From: Diplonema japonicum
Taxonomy: Eukaryota > Protista > Euglenozoa: Diplonemea
NCBI GenBank assembly: GCA_964019335.1
Contig: OZ025750.1
Span: forward strand, 124,001-188,000
Direction: 5' to 3'
DNA length: 64,000 nt
Below are positions 32,088-45,033 of this stretch, in pieces. Numbering within the stretch: position 1 is the stretch's first letter; the number at the start of each line of letters is the position of its first letter. Made by a program: the position numbers and the translations under genes. The notes beneath the pieces were generated by a model, which was not told the origin of the DNA, ran no database searches, and was given only the letters and a program-made list of their open reading frames with translations.

Positions 32088-34616
32088 ATGCCGAGCATAA
32101 AGGTTCTGAACATCGGGTTGGTGCTCATGTGCATTGTGCTGACAGCGTTCATCTGCACGTTCCTCGCGATACGCAGCAGCGACGCGGCCCTCGACGACAC
32201 GAAGGAGTCGCGCGACACCTCCGTCGACTCCTGCTTCGCTGTGAGCAGGCAGTCCCTGGGCAACCGCACCCAAGAGTACCTCAACCTCGTCACAGCCACA
32301 GTCACCGATCATACACGGGATTTCCTCCGCCCAAGGGCCATTCAGGCACGAGGGATTGTCGAGGAGATCCAAGCCGTCCCTTATGACACTGTAAAGAAAT
32401 GGGATTGGCATCACATCCCAAGGTACTACTGGGCCTTCAGAAACGAGCTCTCAATAGGGCTCAACACGCTGGGTGTGGTTCTCAAATCGGACCTGACAAT
32501 AATTCTCACGGAGAATATCGCAACGGAAGGCCGCGGACCTGACGAGTTTCACCACCTGCAGTGTTTGGTAAACTACGGTTCGGACCATCCGTCCGGCGGA
32601 CTGGGGAAAACGTTTCTTGCAGATGCGTTGTACCCAACAGGCTTACCCCGTGGCATATCAGACCCGCTTAACATCAGCACTGTTGGAAGATGTGAAGGCG
32701 GGCTGTCGTCCGAGGAGGATATCCCCAACGAACCTTGCTTTTTCCGCCTCGGTGATACCAACGACAGTTTCTACCTCAACTCACCGTTATACAACAAAAG
32801 CCTGCTGATCAGCCCAAACAAGTCCAAATGGTTGGCCCCCGCTCCCCTCCGCACCCTGGCGATCACCCACCTGTCCCCTATCTATCACGACGGCCTTCAA
32901 TCTGGTTACGTTGTGATCGGGACGAACCTGAACGCGATTGCTACGTTTCTGCAAGGGATACCAATCGGGGGTCCGGTCGATGGCCATGCTTCGCGAAGCA
33001 GGATATTCATCACCATTCGTAGCCATTGGTTGAGTCATGATTCGGTTGGGATTCTTGTGGGGTCTTCTCATGGAAATGTGTTGGTGGCCACAAAACCAAC
33101 TGATAACGATGACGATGATGATGATGATGACGAGTCGGCGATCCGGCCTGTGAACAGCACCGATCCCATTGTGCGCATGGTCGCCATGCTGACGATCGAG
33201 CAGGGGATCGACGTTGAACGCATGGTGGTCGAAAGGGCAACAACCGTTCTTAACATCTCGACGGACCTCTCCCCTGACGGGGAGCGGTTCTACTACAAGG
33301 CATCGCGGTACTTCGATGACGAAGGGACAGACTGGTACATCCACGTGGTCATGGACGAGCTGTACGTCCTGGGCAGCATCATCAAGAACACAGCAGAGAC
33401 GATGGACGGGATCACCGCAGCAGAGAAGAAGGTCGACGACGACCTAAAGACCTCACGCTACATCCTTTACTCCATCGTCGTTGCCATCACGGTCCTCCTC
33501 ACTGTGTTGTCCGTTCTCTTCGTGCTGAGGATCATCAAGCCGCTTGAAATCCTCGAGCAGGAAATGTCATTAGTGGCAATCATGCGACTCGAAGAAGTAG
33601 AAGCAAAGAAGCCTCTAAGCAGCCTTCAAGAGGTCCGTCTCATGCAAATCAGCTTCTTACAGATGATAAAGAACCTTGTGGAGTACAGGAACTACATGCC
33701 AGCATCTGTTCTTCAAGACTCGGAGGAGGAGACAGAGGCGGAGACGGCGTTCGACAACCTCAGTGCCAGCAGCAGGACAGGTGGGTCCGTCCGTGACAGG
33801 TCCTCAGCGGGTTCTCTGAACGTGTACCAAGCCCTCGGGGGAATGGAGGCTAAGAACAAGAAGGTGACTCTCTTAGCATGCAACATGCTGTCCTTCCTAT
33901 CAGAGGCACGAACTACAACAATGCTGTTAAGCTGCATCACCGACTACCTGACAACAGCACTGACCCACGTGAAGGGGACGAAGGGCATCCCTGACAGCTT
34001 CAGCGGGGACAGGCTGTACGTTTCGTGGAACGGGGCCCGAATTTGCTCTTCGCACAGGACAGCGGCCTACAACTGTGCGAGGGGGATCACCAGAAACAGC
34101 AATTCAGGAAAGCGGTTCTCCATCGGGATCGTGTCTGGAGAGGTGAGGTGCGGGAACATGGGTTGCGATGGGATGAAGAAGTACACGTTCGTCGGGTCGC
34201 TTTCATCGTGGGTCCACATCGTGGAGCGGGTGGGGAGGGCATGTGGTGCGGACATCGCTATCGACAGCATCGTCCGTGAGGAGGTGGCGACCGTCGCCTT
34301 CACAAGGTCCCTGCAGCACGTGCAGTACGAGAAGCACTCTTCCAACGTTCTGATGCTTTACCAAGCGATGCATGAGAAGGAGGTGAAGGAAGAGGAGTGG
34401 ATGTACCAGCTGGGCAGCAGTGATCCCCACAAGGCGTACAACACCAGCTACCACCTGTTCATGGAGGGTAAAGTTGAAGAAGCTACGAACGAGTTGGATG
34501 AGGTTTCTGACGACGGCTCTGAGGTGATGAGGAAGTACAGGGCGAAGCTCATTGATGCAGCACTGCGGCCATACCTGTGTAAGCCTTATGGTTCACACGA
34601 ACCGCTTTTAAGCTGA
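32088..34616 (+). CDS. Receptor-type cyclase-like protein, paralog 2, intronless
   Basis: ATG 32088 (MPSIKVLNIG) matches the paralog start; preceded by TTTTTCACAG (possible trans-splice acceptor); same architecture. Confidence 0.85.
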   Translation: MPSIKVLNIGLVLMCIVLTAFICTFLAIRSSDAALDDTKESRDTSVDSCFAVSRQSLGNRTQEYLNLVTATVTDHTRDFLRPRAIQARGIVEEIQAVPYDTVKKWDWHHIPRYYWAFRNELSIGLNTLGVVLKSDLTIILTENIATEGRGPDEFHHLQCLVNYGSDHPSGGLGKTFLADALYPTGLPRGISDPLNISTVGRCEGGLSSEEDIPNEPCFFRLGDTNDSFYLNSPLYNKSLLISPNKSKWLAPAPLRTLAITHLSPIYHDGLQSGYVVIGTNLNAIATFLQGIPIGGPVDGHASRSRIFITIRSHWLSHDSVGILVGSSHGNVLVATKPTDNDDDDDDDDESAIRPVNSTDPIVRMVAMLTIEQGIDVERMVVERATTVLNISTDLSPDGERFYYKASRYFDDEGTDWYIHVVMDELYVLGSIIKNTAETMDGITAAEKKVDDDLKTSRYILYSIVVAITVLLTVLSVLFVLRIIKPLEILEQEMSLVAIMRLEEVEAKKPLSSLQEVRLMQISFLQMIKNLVEYRNYMPASVLQDSEEETEAETAFDNLSASSRTGGSVRDRSSAGSLNVYQALGGMEAKNKKVTLLACNMLSFLSEARTTTMLLSCITDYLTTALTHVKGTKGIPDSFSGDRLYVSWNGARICSSHRTAAYNCARGITRNSNSGKRFSIGIVSGEVRCGNMGCDGMKKYTFVGSLSSWVHIVERVGRACGADIAIDSIVREEVATVAFTRSLQHVQYEKHSSNVLMLYQAMHEKEVKEEEWMYQLGSSDPHKAYNTSYHLFMEGKVEEATNELDEVSDDGSEVMRKYRAKLIDAALRPYLCKPYGSHEPLLS

Positions 34617-35395
34617 AGTGTTTTGCAAAAATAGTAAAACATAATTATGTCTATGAGTTTCGTGACAAGTGCTTGAGTGCCTCTTCCCACGGCCCCGTCG
34701 GTTTTTTTTTCCCTTTTTTTTTTTTGAGAGGGCACCTTAGAGGGAGTTTTTGAAGCTTTTCAAAAGAAAAGGCAGAAACGACCTCATAGCCGCAGCTCCA
34801 CTTTTACTTAAATGTTTTCTTTTTTAAAGAAGAATTGGTGGGGATAACATAGACGTACATCAGATATGTTGTTCGCTGTTGACCTCCTCGGTCATCACCG
34901 GTGTCATTTCTTTTTTTATTTGTGCAGGGCGCAGCCAACACCGGCCTCCTTTAACTCTTTATTTATTTATTTTTCTGGATTCTCTCAAAAGGAATTTTGG
35001 CTAGAGTTTTCATTATTTCCCTAGGGAAAAATAAAGTACTTTATTTTTTTCCTCCTGTTTTAACCCTTAAACGCCCAACTGCTTCTGTAGAAGGTGTAAT
35101 TGTTCTGTGGTCATCTAGACCAAAGCCTCGGATCGGTTTTCATAAAAAAAAGATGGAATGGAAAGAATATTGAAAATCTGCGTTAAATGCGCTATTTGTA
35201 TCCATCTGAAACCTCCATTTTTCGGATTTTCATGATTTTTCCATGATTTTCCCCCTCTTTTTTTTTTTTTTTCCCGAGTCACTAGGCCTTATCAAAATCA
35301 ACATGCCAGCACACAACGGGAGTAGTTCCCGTACACCTGCAATGTTCATATGGGTTAAATCCACCTCTCTACCTCAATCCTCGTTTCTTTTTTAT

Positions 35396-36588
35396 TTACC
35401 AGGACCGCGATGACGATGTAGCTATGGGTCCGGTTGGGATCCTGCGAAACAGGTGGCCCACCTTTCTGGAGAACGGATGGTTTTTCTGATGCACTCGTTC
35501 TTCGTCGCGTCCCAGTGGCCTCCCGCAGTCCGGCGGTTCAGAGGCTGGCAACGGTCCTGCGAGCAGACGCTGCTGCAGCGTTCCACGAGCAGCAATCGCA
35601 AGCCTTGCAGTCTGCCTGTGTCCTCGCCGCCGTGCACACCCGTCCATCCACAGTCGCTGCTCACCGCGGAGCTCCCTGGGTCGGGTACCGTGTCCCTGGA
35701 CACTGAGTTCTTGCGGTCCCAGGCGCAGTTCGCTCTTGCACGCTGCCACGTCCGTCGTCACCGTGCACGTTGCGACCGGCTACGGGCGTCCACCGCCGTG
35801 TCCCTCTGGGCAGTCTGCATTCGGCGCCTTCTACCACTTCTCCCGCACGAAGATCGCTCCACAGGGCTTCGGGTCGCATTTGGTCCCGTCCCACTTGCAC
35901 AGGAGGTTCGGGTCGCTCGTGCAGGCCCTCTGGTCGATCGTCCCCATCGTCGTCGGGTTCGGTCCCAGCCCGGGGTACTCGTGGTGTGCTCGTGGTCACA
36001 CGGGAAACGGATGGCCTGGTGTGGAAACCAGCACTGGTGTGACGTTTGCAACCACCGATCCCAGACGGTGACCAGCATAACGGAGCATGCATGGGTAAAG
36101 AACGTATTGAAAAGCAAGCAGTACACAGAGTGAAGTGAGAAGGCCTCCCGTCTGCCACAACCCACCACAGGATTATCCCAAGCGAAAGTAGTTCAAAGCA
36201 AAGGAATGTGCCGGGATGGTGCAACAATACCTCCTGAAATTGTGACCGTCGTGACGCCAGAGCAGCTGGAAAAAGGAAGAGAGTGCTCACCTCCAACCCC
36301 TGGGATGACCCCCCGGGTAAGCGGAAGTAAGTCCAGAAATGCTCAGCACGATGCGAAAGGTCAGTCTTCCCGGCCAACGCCGAGGGTGCATACCTCTGGC
36401 ACCTTGGACACAGCTACGGCACGAGGTCTCTTCTCCTCGAACCAAATTGCCTCCCTGCCTTGCACAACTCCATGTAAATGTTTCTCGCCCAGATGCCGTT
36501 CATCTCATTGCGACAAACAGTCACCGCAGGCACCAGAACAGTGAACACCCCCATGCACACTGAGATTTTAGCGAGTTTCGCATGCATG
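35396..36588 (+). mobile_element. Decayed 3' part of the 23.4-30 kb LINE family, interrupted by an inverted foreign segment
   Basis: YQDRDDDVAMGPVGILRNRWPTFLENGWFF and CDVCNHRSQTVTSITEHAW match ORF2; the 3' end matches 29750-29990. Confidence 0.75.
35488..36030 (-). pseudogene. Fragment of a Cys-rich (CxWD..C repeat) host surface-protein gene
   Basis: Minus-strand frames give ACTSDPNLLCKWDGTKCDPKPCG, CAWDRKNSV and HWDATKNECIR, with stops and frameshifts. Confidence 0.55.
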
Positions 36589-36839
36589 ATTTCCAGGAAA
36601 AGCAAATGAACTCATGGCATCTGGTCGATGCACCTCCATGGGTCGAAAACACTAAATATTTAGTGGAATGAACGCAAATCTTTCAAATCTTTCAATGCGT
36701 ACCCCGAATCAAAAAATAACCTCAAGACTCAGCATGTTTGACCCAATGCCAACAAAGACCCCAAAATCGAAAAATTTCGAAAATCAATTACCCCCCCCCC
36801 CCCCCCCCCCCCTGGGCGTCTAAGGGTTAAGCAGATCTG

Positions 36840-37230
36840 TGAAAGTGGGGCTTCAGAGAAAAGAGGCCGGAAGATCAACAAGGTTTTGCGGTATTTGTGC
36901 CATGGTTGGTGCCCACCGTGGACAGGGATCCTATCGATCGCAGCCCCTCTAAGTAGGGAGCTGTTTGAGTGGACGAGAAGAGGGGCCATGCGTCGCTGGT
37001 GCACCCAGGTTCCTCAGGGAGTTCATCGCGTTCAGCCGCATCCGCACCAGAAAGCCTACAGGGAGGCTGACATGATAACGTAGTTCGATGCCCTGTACAA
37101 AGGAGGGCTAAGCCGTCGAGCCTCTGAACCATACCATGAGGCATGAGTACAAAACTGCAAGACTGGACCAGGTTGACTGCCATGCTGAAGGCGTGGACGA
37201 GCAGTGCAAGCAACCCCCTGTCTTAATGTT
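36840..37230 (-). mobile_element. Non-LTR ORF2 C-terminal fragment
   Basis: Minus ORF 36875-37213 contains PLFSSTQTAPYLEGLR (cf. PLFSSSQTAPYLARLQ). Confidence 0.6.
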
Positions 37231-38585
37231 ATGTCAAATCCTGGACTTCCTGGCTTTGGGGGTTGCTATCGGGAACCAGAAAATTAAATAAATTCCTTTT
37301 TTTTTTCTTTTTTTTTTTTTTTTATTGACAATACTTACGTCGCAAAAACGAGATTCTATCTTGTTTCCCTCTTTTCTCACCCTTTCTTCCTCTTGCTATA
37401 CATTTTTACACTTTGTGTGCATTTTTTTTTTTTTTTGTTATTTTTTTTTCTTTTTTTTCTTCTCGGTTTTTTCTTGAGACCCATGACAGGCTGAGGGCCA
37501 GCTGAAGACCACTCTGAAGAGACGGCATCAGCCATCTATAGAAGATGGTTGATATCCGTAATCGGAACGAACGCAAGGCCCCAGAAAAGGGAGCATCAGA
37601 TAAACCCAACCTCAAGTGGGGTTTGCCCTTAAAGATTGCCTTTATTTCGGCCCACACTGCAACAATCTACGCGGGGAAAGCGCCTTTCGGCACTCAGTTG
37701 GACAACAATGGTAATCCTCCATTGCTAATACATGTCCGGAAAATCCAACTCACATTCCACCCTGTGAGAGAGATCTTACGGGGGTGAGGTGGATACAGTT
37801 GACCGAAATAAAAGCCAACGCTAGCAATAGCAGCGGTGTGTGGATGAAACAGGTCAACCGAGTGATAGCACTGCAGGAATAAGATTCCTTTTTAAAAAGT
37901 TTGTATATTAACAAGTACTGCAAGTTTTCTTGTGCAAAACAAAAAGAAGAAGAAAAAAAAAAGGAAAAAAAAAATAGGTAATGGTGACATGGTACTATAT
38001 CTAAAAAAAGAAAACAAAAAAAAAAAAACAAAAAAAAAAAGAGGTGCTAAAATGCCGTACTCTTTTTTTTTTTCTTCTCAACTCAACCTCCCCTTTCTTT
38101 TCTTTTTTTTTTTTTGATGTCTTTCTCATCTTCCCCCTCCTGTTTTCCTTATTAGGAAAAAAGAGAAGAAAAATGCTGTTTCTTTTTTTTTCTTCTCTCT
38201 CTCTTCCGGTGGTTTACTTGGTTATTATGGTTTGGAGGGAGACGCAAAGCGAAAAGGGAAACTCTCATTTTTAAAGCCGTTCCTAGGTAGGTGGGGAAAC
38301 CGGAAGGCCCACCCTACGCGTGGCACCAGGTAGCATCGAGAGTCCCTTATCCCATTATACCTAAACATGTCTCTTATAGCATAAAAAAGCTTTTATTTTA
38401 CCTCTCCGCTTTTACTTTCTACAGGATTACAGGGGACTTGAGACGGGAGAAGCTTTACAAAGTTGACCATAGTGTCACATACACCTTCTTTTTGTTATAT
38501 TATTAAAAAAAAAAAAAAGATCTTTTTTTTTTTTTTTTTTTTTTTTCTTTTTGTTGTTGTTGCTGTATTTCTTTTTCTTTATTCT

Positions 38586-38629
<44 letters not shown>

Positions 38630-39999
38630 AAAACATCAGATCAAGTCGGTAGCGCCCGAGTGGAAGATCATAAAGCAGATGCACAGGGTGACGAACAGGC
38701 AGCAAGCTGTACACGAAGAAGCTACAACTTTGCCGCGGTGCGCCCCCTGTAATCAAGTAGACAGTTCTTGTGCAGGGCGCCGCCAACACCGGCCTCCTTT
38801 ATCTCAGGCTCTCCGGTAAGGTGGGGATAGACCGGCGATCGCCGGTCTAAGCAATTCTTTTTGAAAGCGTCGCCTGTCTACGCAGATCGGCGAATTTCTT
38901 GTGCCTGCGGTAGCCCCACGGGGGGGCAGGGGTTACCCCTTTTGTGAGGAATTCTTCTCTTTTTTATTAATCATGGGGCGAGCGGTTTTAGTATCAGTTG
39001 AAAGCCACGATGTGCTTCTTCCATCAAACATAGTTCCAGACAACAACCTGGTTAGCGAGACGGTTGGCCTTCGCGTTGAGAGAGAGGTTCCTGAGGTCAA
39101 TTAGCACGGAGGGGGCCGACAAGCAGACGGCATGTGAACCTTACTGAGGCTGAGTTTCTAGAGGAGTAGCACAAACGTTCAAGGAGTTTTCACGTGTGGC
39201 CGGGGGAGCCCAATTAACGTTCACCCCTTTTTTTTATTTATTTTTTTTTTTTTTTTTGAAAAAAAAGGGTCAAAAAAAATCGGCCAAAAAAAAGTATCGC
39301 AGGTCTATCGAAAAAAAAACCCATTTTGAACCGGGGGCCCTGTTTAACTCATATATTTTCTTTGGCGGGCCGTTGCTAACCACTTCGTTCCTGTCATCTC
39401 AGTGAATCTTTTTTTCTCCATGCGAGTATTTACTCTGACTTGGCTCTCAAGCTGATTAAAAAAAAAAGGGGGGGGGACGAACCACACAAAACAAAACAAA
39501 CGAGACCGAATAGAATCTAGTTTTGGTTCCTCTTTTTTTTTTTTTTATTCTAGCCCTTTCCTTTCCCCCATGTCATCTTTACCACCGTGAATTTTTCACT
39601 TGCTACATTCTTTCAGCAGAATGTTCCTAGAAAAAGAAGAAAGAGGAGAAAGAGAAGGCATAGAAAAGAAGAAGAACAAGAAGAAAGAAAAAAAAAAGAT
39701 TCCGACTCCACTTCCAGCGGTGTCGTTTTCGTTAAATACAATAAAGCCTGCGAACTTCTGCATATCTGATATACGTGGTGTTCTCTTTGCTTCGAAATCT
39801 TCTTTTTTAAACCTTTTCCTGAGTCTCCCCGTTTTTCTTTTTCTTTTTTTTTTCTTTTCTTTTTTCTTTTTTGCACATTTTCTTTGTGATTGCAGAATTT
39901 TAAAAAAAAGAAAAGACTAATCTACCGAAGTTTTTGTCTATTCATTTCATTTTCTTTTTTTTTTTTTTGTCTCTGGAATCATTTATTTTTTATTATTAT

Positions 40000-41782
40000 C
40001 CCCTAAACGCCCGCGCGGACGTTTTTGTCCTTATTTCAAAATTTGCTTTTTCGCTAAGTACTTTTGAACACGGCCCCTGGACTTCAAAATATGGCATTGT
40101 TGCGCGGTTTATTTTGTCTTGGAACTACATTTTGCGTTAAAGGTTTTGTTTTAATTGAAACCGGCAGGGTTGGCTTAAAATGAAATCAGATGGTCAAAAT
40201 AGCAGCGAAAACGTGAGTCTCCCCCGACTGGTCAGAAAAAGAAGAAAAAGACGATGAGGCGGTCAAAGAGGGGCCGGAAACGATGCTTGGGTGGGAGAAA
40301 TACTCCCAAAGGCCCGAAACATATCATTTCCGTAAAAAGGTGGGCTTAGGACACCTCTAGGTGAAGCGGCCAATGAGGAGGGTGTTTTTAATTTTTTTTT
40401 TTACACACGCGGTACTTGAGCTCATAGTTTCTTCCACGAACGGTCGTTTCGGTTCAAAAAAACAGCGGAATCGAATCTTTCCATCCCAGAGTACAAAATT
40501 TGGCTTGGGTTGGTCCTGTTAATGGGTTTACGCTCGGCACCGAACATGAAGAGCTACTGGACAACAAATTCTAATTTAACCATCCCGGCTTTTGAGAAAA
40601 TGAGCAAACCGATTCGTTGACATACAGCGCTACCTCACCTTTGACAACCTGGAAAACATTTGGAAGGCCTGAAACTGCACCTCATGCGCAGGTTTCTTGA
40701 CATCATTGTCAACCGGTGTAGGACTGTGCGGACCCCTGGCAAGTGGTTGTCTGTTGACGACAGTGTTATCCCGACAACAATAAAAGTCATGGCACCACGA
40801 AAAAGCAACTCGGTGGGCATCAAGGTAATCGCTACATGCGACTCATAAAACGGTTACCTGGCGAATTTCAACATTTTCAGCAAGAAGTCCACAACACAGG
40901 ACCTAGTCATGCGTACTGTCGACTCCTAAGGGTTTGCTGTCGACCCCTGACCTGCAAGACCAGCTCCAGGGGACTGGAGTTCGGCATATGAAAACCCGGA
41001 AGTGGACCATGGTCGTTTTTTATTGGGTCCTGGAAAGCTGTGTTGCCAACCCCTCCATAATCTGGAAGAAGAGCAGGGAATGCGGCAAAAATTATGGCTT
41101 CCCGAGCTTCAAAGAAGAACTTGTTGGCAAGCTTCTCACCCATGCCCCAAAAACCGATAGCACACCCCCCCCGACAACACCGTCACCGACCCCCAAGCGC
41201 AAACACGCTAGCGATGAGGATTCCCTCACTCAGAAATACACAAAACGTCTCAATTTGACCCTAAATCACACCTCCGAGACCATGATGAACGGAACGAAGG
41301 TGAGGAGGGTTCTCTATGCTGTTCCTGGGTGCGGGAAGAAGGTGCAAACGTGGTGCCCCTGTTGCAAAACCCCCTTATGCAAAACGTGTTTTTTACCCTT
41401 GCATGCTACCCCAGCTGGAAAGAAAACTCACAAGTTGCTTTTTTCATCCCACAGCCCCAAAAAGTCTCCAGACTGACCTCAATCCTAGAGTTCAGGGCAC
41501 CAAATAGGGCTGAAAGCTGCCCTATTTAGCCCAGCCATAACTCCACGGACCCCCCACGACAAGACCCCCCAAAATCGGACATAAAAAGTACACCTTCAAT
41601 CCCCCTCTTACACACATAGTTAAGTGTTCTCATCTGAATCTGGCACCTGGAATTGAAAATTTTAGTACCGTTTACCCCTTTCCTTGCACCTTCCTATGGT
41701 TGCATGCTGCCCTTTTTTTGAGTATTTAAAGCAACAACGAAAATGGGGGGGGTACCGTAGATAGGCTCCGGGCGTTTAGGGG
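40000..41782 (+). mobile_element. piggyBac-like transposon, degenerate and internally deleted transposase, TTAT target duplication
   Basis: 14-bp perfect TIR CCCCTAAACGCCCG; TTAT at 39996-99 and 41783-86; PGKWLSVDDSVIP, GIKVIATCDS, RKWTMVVFYWVLE and C-terminal Cys-rich GCGKKVQTWCPCCKTPLCKTCFLPLH. Confidence 0.9.
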
Positions 41783-42757
41783 TTATAGAGAAAAAAGCTA
41801 CAGGGACGACACGCGAATTTTGGATTTTGATTTTTCACCAAAACTCTGTGCCCTGTTTTTAACCCGTTGCCCGCGGGAACTCGGGTATATTTCGCTGTTG
41901 CCGACGGAGTTGCCGTTTGTAGTTTTTTTTTTCTTCTCTTATTTTTATTATTCCCTCCCCTTTTCTTCCCCCCCCCCTTTTTTTTTTCTCCTCCCTTATA
42001 TTACGGCGTTTTCTTTTTCTTTTTTTTTTTTTTTTTAAATGGGCAATATTGCGAGGAAAAAGTCGTCCCATCTTATTATTATTTTTTTTTGCAAGAACGA
42101 GTCTTTGACATGTCTAAACAAAAAGGGGAACGTTGGCAACGTGTTTCGGGTTGACAAACTTCTTCAGGTTTTACCCGGCACGTACAAACAAGTAGTGAGA
42201 TATGGCGTGAAAACTTTTTTTCTTCTTCTTTCTTCCCTCCTCTTTTTGCAAAAAAAAAAAAAAAAAAAAAAAAAAGAAATAATAATAACGAAAAAAGGAG
42301 AAAGTTGGCAACATGATTTGCGGGCTTAACAAACCTCTCCCTGGTTTACCAAGTGCACGTACAAACAACGGCCAGTCCCTCTTTTTTTTTTTTCTTTTTT
42401 TTTTTTTTTTCTTTCTTCCCGTTCACACTTGATGTGTTGGTACCTCTCGGTATAGATACGTTTCACTGCCCGTCGATCACGTCGATGAGCCAGCAGCTCC
42501 TTTTTTTTTTGCCGAGTAAAAAAAAAAAAAAGAAGATAAAAGAAAAGAAAAAAGATCGCGCCAGACGTCGGGGTGAGGCGATCCCGAAGAAGTCGGGTGG
42601 ACCATCGCGTCGTGCGGCAGGCCTCAGATTACCTTTTTTACTCGAACAAAAAAAAAAGAGGGTGTAGGGTGGGGAACAAAGCTTTTTTTTTTTTTTTTTT
42701 TTGCAAGAAAAAAGAAGAATGTTTAGCAAGAATTTATACGGCGAGAGTTCCTCTCTT

Positions 42758-42788
<31 letters not shown>

Positions 42789-43204
42789 TAAGTTTAGTGG
42801 CTCTGGATCAATACAAAAGGGGGGGGAATATAAAATAAAAAAAGTTGGCGAAGAAGAAATAATAATTGCACCCCCCCCCTCCCATTTCTTTTTCTTGTTT
42901 CAGTTTAGACAAAAAAAGAATTTCAAAGAAAAAAGGAAAGGGGAAAAAGAAAAAAAGAAAATGAAGTCATCGGCAACACGAAAAAGGCATTCTCCATGTA
43001 ATTGACGAACAGATCCCAGGCAAGGTGGCGCATTAACGACACAGCCTTCTACGGTGTGGGAAGGCTTCACACACAGGCGACTACGGAACAGATTGGTACT
43101 TGCAGCATCTTGTTGAGTTGCAGAACCTTGTCTTTCCAGAACTTATGCAGCAGCAAGAAGTCAAGTTGCTTTGGCAAAGATGTGGTGCGCAAACACGCTT
43201 ATAA

Positions 43205-44594
43205 GGAATATCTCAACCGACTTAGCCCCCGAGGGGGAAGCCTTCTACTATAGAGTGGGAAGGCTCACAGGTGACCACGGAACAGTACTTGCACGTTGTA
43301 ATGGACAGGGCGTACATTTTGGGCAGCATCGACAAGAAGACAGCGGAGACGAAGGACACGATCAGTGCAGCAGAGAAGAAGGTCGACGATGACCTGAACA
43401 GTGCGCGTGCTGTCCTCTACTCCTCCGTTGCTGCGATTGCTGTCGGGCTCACTGTGGTATCTGTTGTCTTCGTGTTGAGGGTCATCAGGCCGCTTGAAGC
43501 CCTTCAACAGGAAATGTCGTTTGTGGCAGTGATGAGACTTGAGGAGGTGGACACGAAGAAGCCTCTAAGCAGCCTTCAAGAGGTTCGCTTGATGCAAATC
43601 AGTTTCTTTCAGGTGATGAGGAACCTTGCGGAGTACAGGAACTACATGCCCGCTTCTGTCTTGCAAGATGAGGTAGACGATGCGGAAGATGCAGACGAAG
43701 TAGGTGCATCAGAACTCAGCAAGGTCGTCGCTTAGTCATGTGAGGCAATTTGAGTCCGCAGAAGCCAAGAAGCAGAAGGTGACACTTGCGTCATGCAACA
43801 TCCTCTCTTTTCTGAACAGTGCTGACAGCGAGATGCAGGTGCTGAGAATTATCACCGACTACTTGACGATGACACTGGCTCAGGTGAGGAGGACGAAGGG
43901 CATCCCTGACAGCTTCAGCGGGGACAGGCTGTACGTTTCGTGGAACGGGGCCCGCATCTGTCCCTCACACAGGACAGCGGCCTACAACTGTGCGAGGGGG
44001 ATCACGGCTGACACCTCTCTTGGGAAGCGGTTCTCCATCGGGATCGTGTCTGGAGAGGTGAGGTGCGGGAACATGGGTTGCGATGGGATGAAGAAGTACA
44101 CGTTCGTCGGGTCGCTTTCATCGTGGGTCCACATCGTGGAGCGGGTGGGGAGGGCATGTGGTGCGGACATCGCTATCGACAGCATCGTCCGTGAGGAGGT
44201 GGCGACCGTCGCCTTCACAAGGTCCCTGCAGCACGTGCAGTACGAGAAGCACTCTTCCAAGACCCTGGTTGTCCACGAAGCGATGCATGAGAAGGAGGTG
44301 AAGGAAGAGGAGTGGATGTACCAGCTTGCAGAGGGCGGCAGCAAAGATATCAATCTGATGTACAACACAAGTTACGAGCTGTTCATGAAGGGGAACGTGG
44401 AGGGGGCTGTGAAGGCACTGGAGGAGTTTCCTGACGATGGCTCTGAGGTGATGAAGAGGTTCCGAAGAAAGCTGACTTTGGCAGCTTTAGACACAAATCT
44501 GTGTAACCCTTTAGGTGTGGACGGTTTGATCTTCGCGCAGCACTTGCTTTTGAGTCCCCCCCCCCCCCCCCCCACTGGTTTGGGCTTTTTCTAA
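43205..44594 (+). pseudogene. 5'-truncated, frameshifted cyclase-like paralog
   Basis: Near-identical to the 3' half of 15890-18376 including its 3' flank; no N-terminus; deletions/frameshifts near 43270 and 43730; stop TAG replaced by CAG. Confidence 0.8.
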
Positions 44595-45033
44595 AGCCAG
44601 CACATGCCAACAATGTTATTCTCCGTTTTATTTATTTATTTATTCAGCACTCCAACGACATGACAGGAAGTGGTAGGGAACAGGTCTTTTCAATAAGAAA
44701 AAGAAAAAGAGAAAAAAAAAACAATTACTCTAAAAATGTAGCTCTTCCCTCCTCTCTTTTCTCTTAGCAAAAAGAAAAAAAGAAAGAAAAAAAGGAAAGT
44801 ACGCAGTACGAGAAGCACTCTTCCAAGACCCTGATTGTCCACGAAGCGATGCATGAGAAGGAGGTGAAGGAAGAGGAGTGGATGTACCGATCCCTTTTGA
44901 GTACTTTTTCAGGTTTTTCCAAATTTCATAACCTTAATCTTGGCATAATCATGCGGCTCCAAGAAAAAGAAAACTGCAGTATGGGCCAGAACCTTTTCAA
45001 AACAGCATCGATATAAAAATGGGGAGAAAAGAA

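Larger units (their letters stand above)
35064..36826. mobile_element. piggyBac-like non-autonomous element carrying nested sequence
   Basis: TIR CCCTTA(A/G)ACGCCCA; TTAA at 35060-63 and 36827-30. Confidence 0.8.

Noticed and set aside
33100-33135. Poly-Asp (GAT/GAC)n run near the intron-1 position of paralog 2
   Set aside because: In-frame coding microsatellite in a variable loop; no splice signals are needed to explain it.
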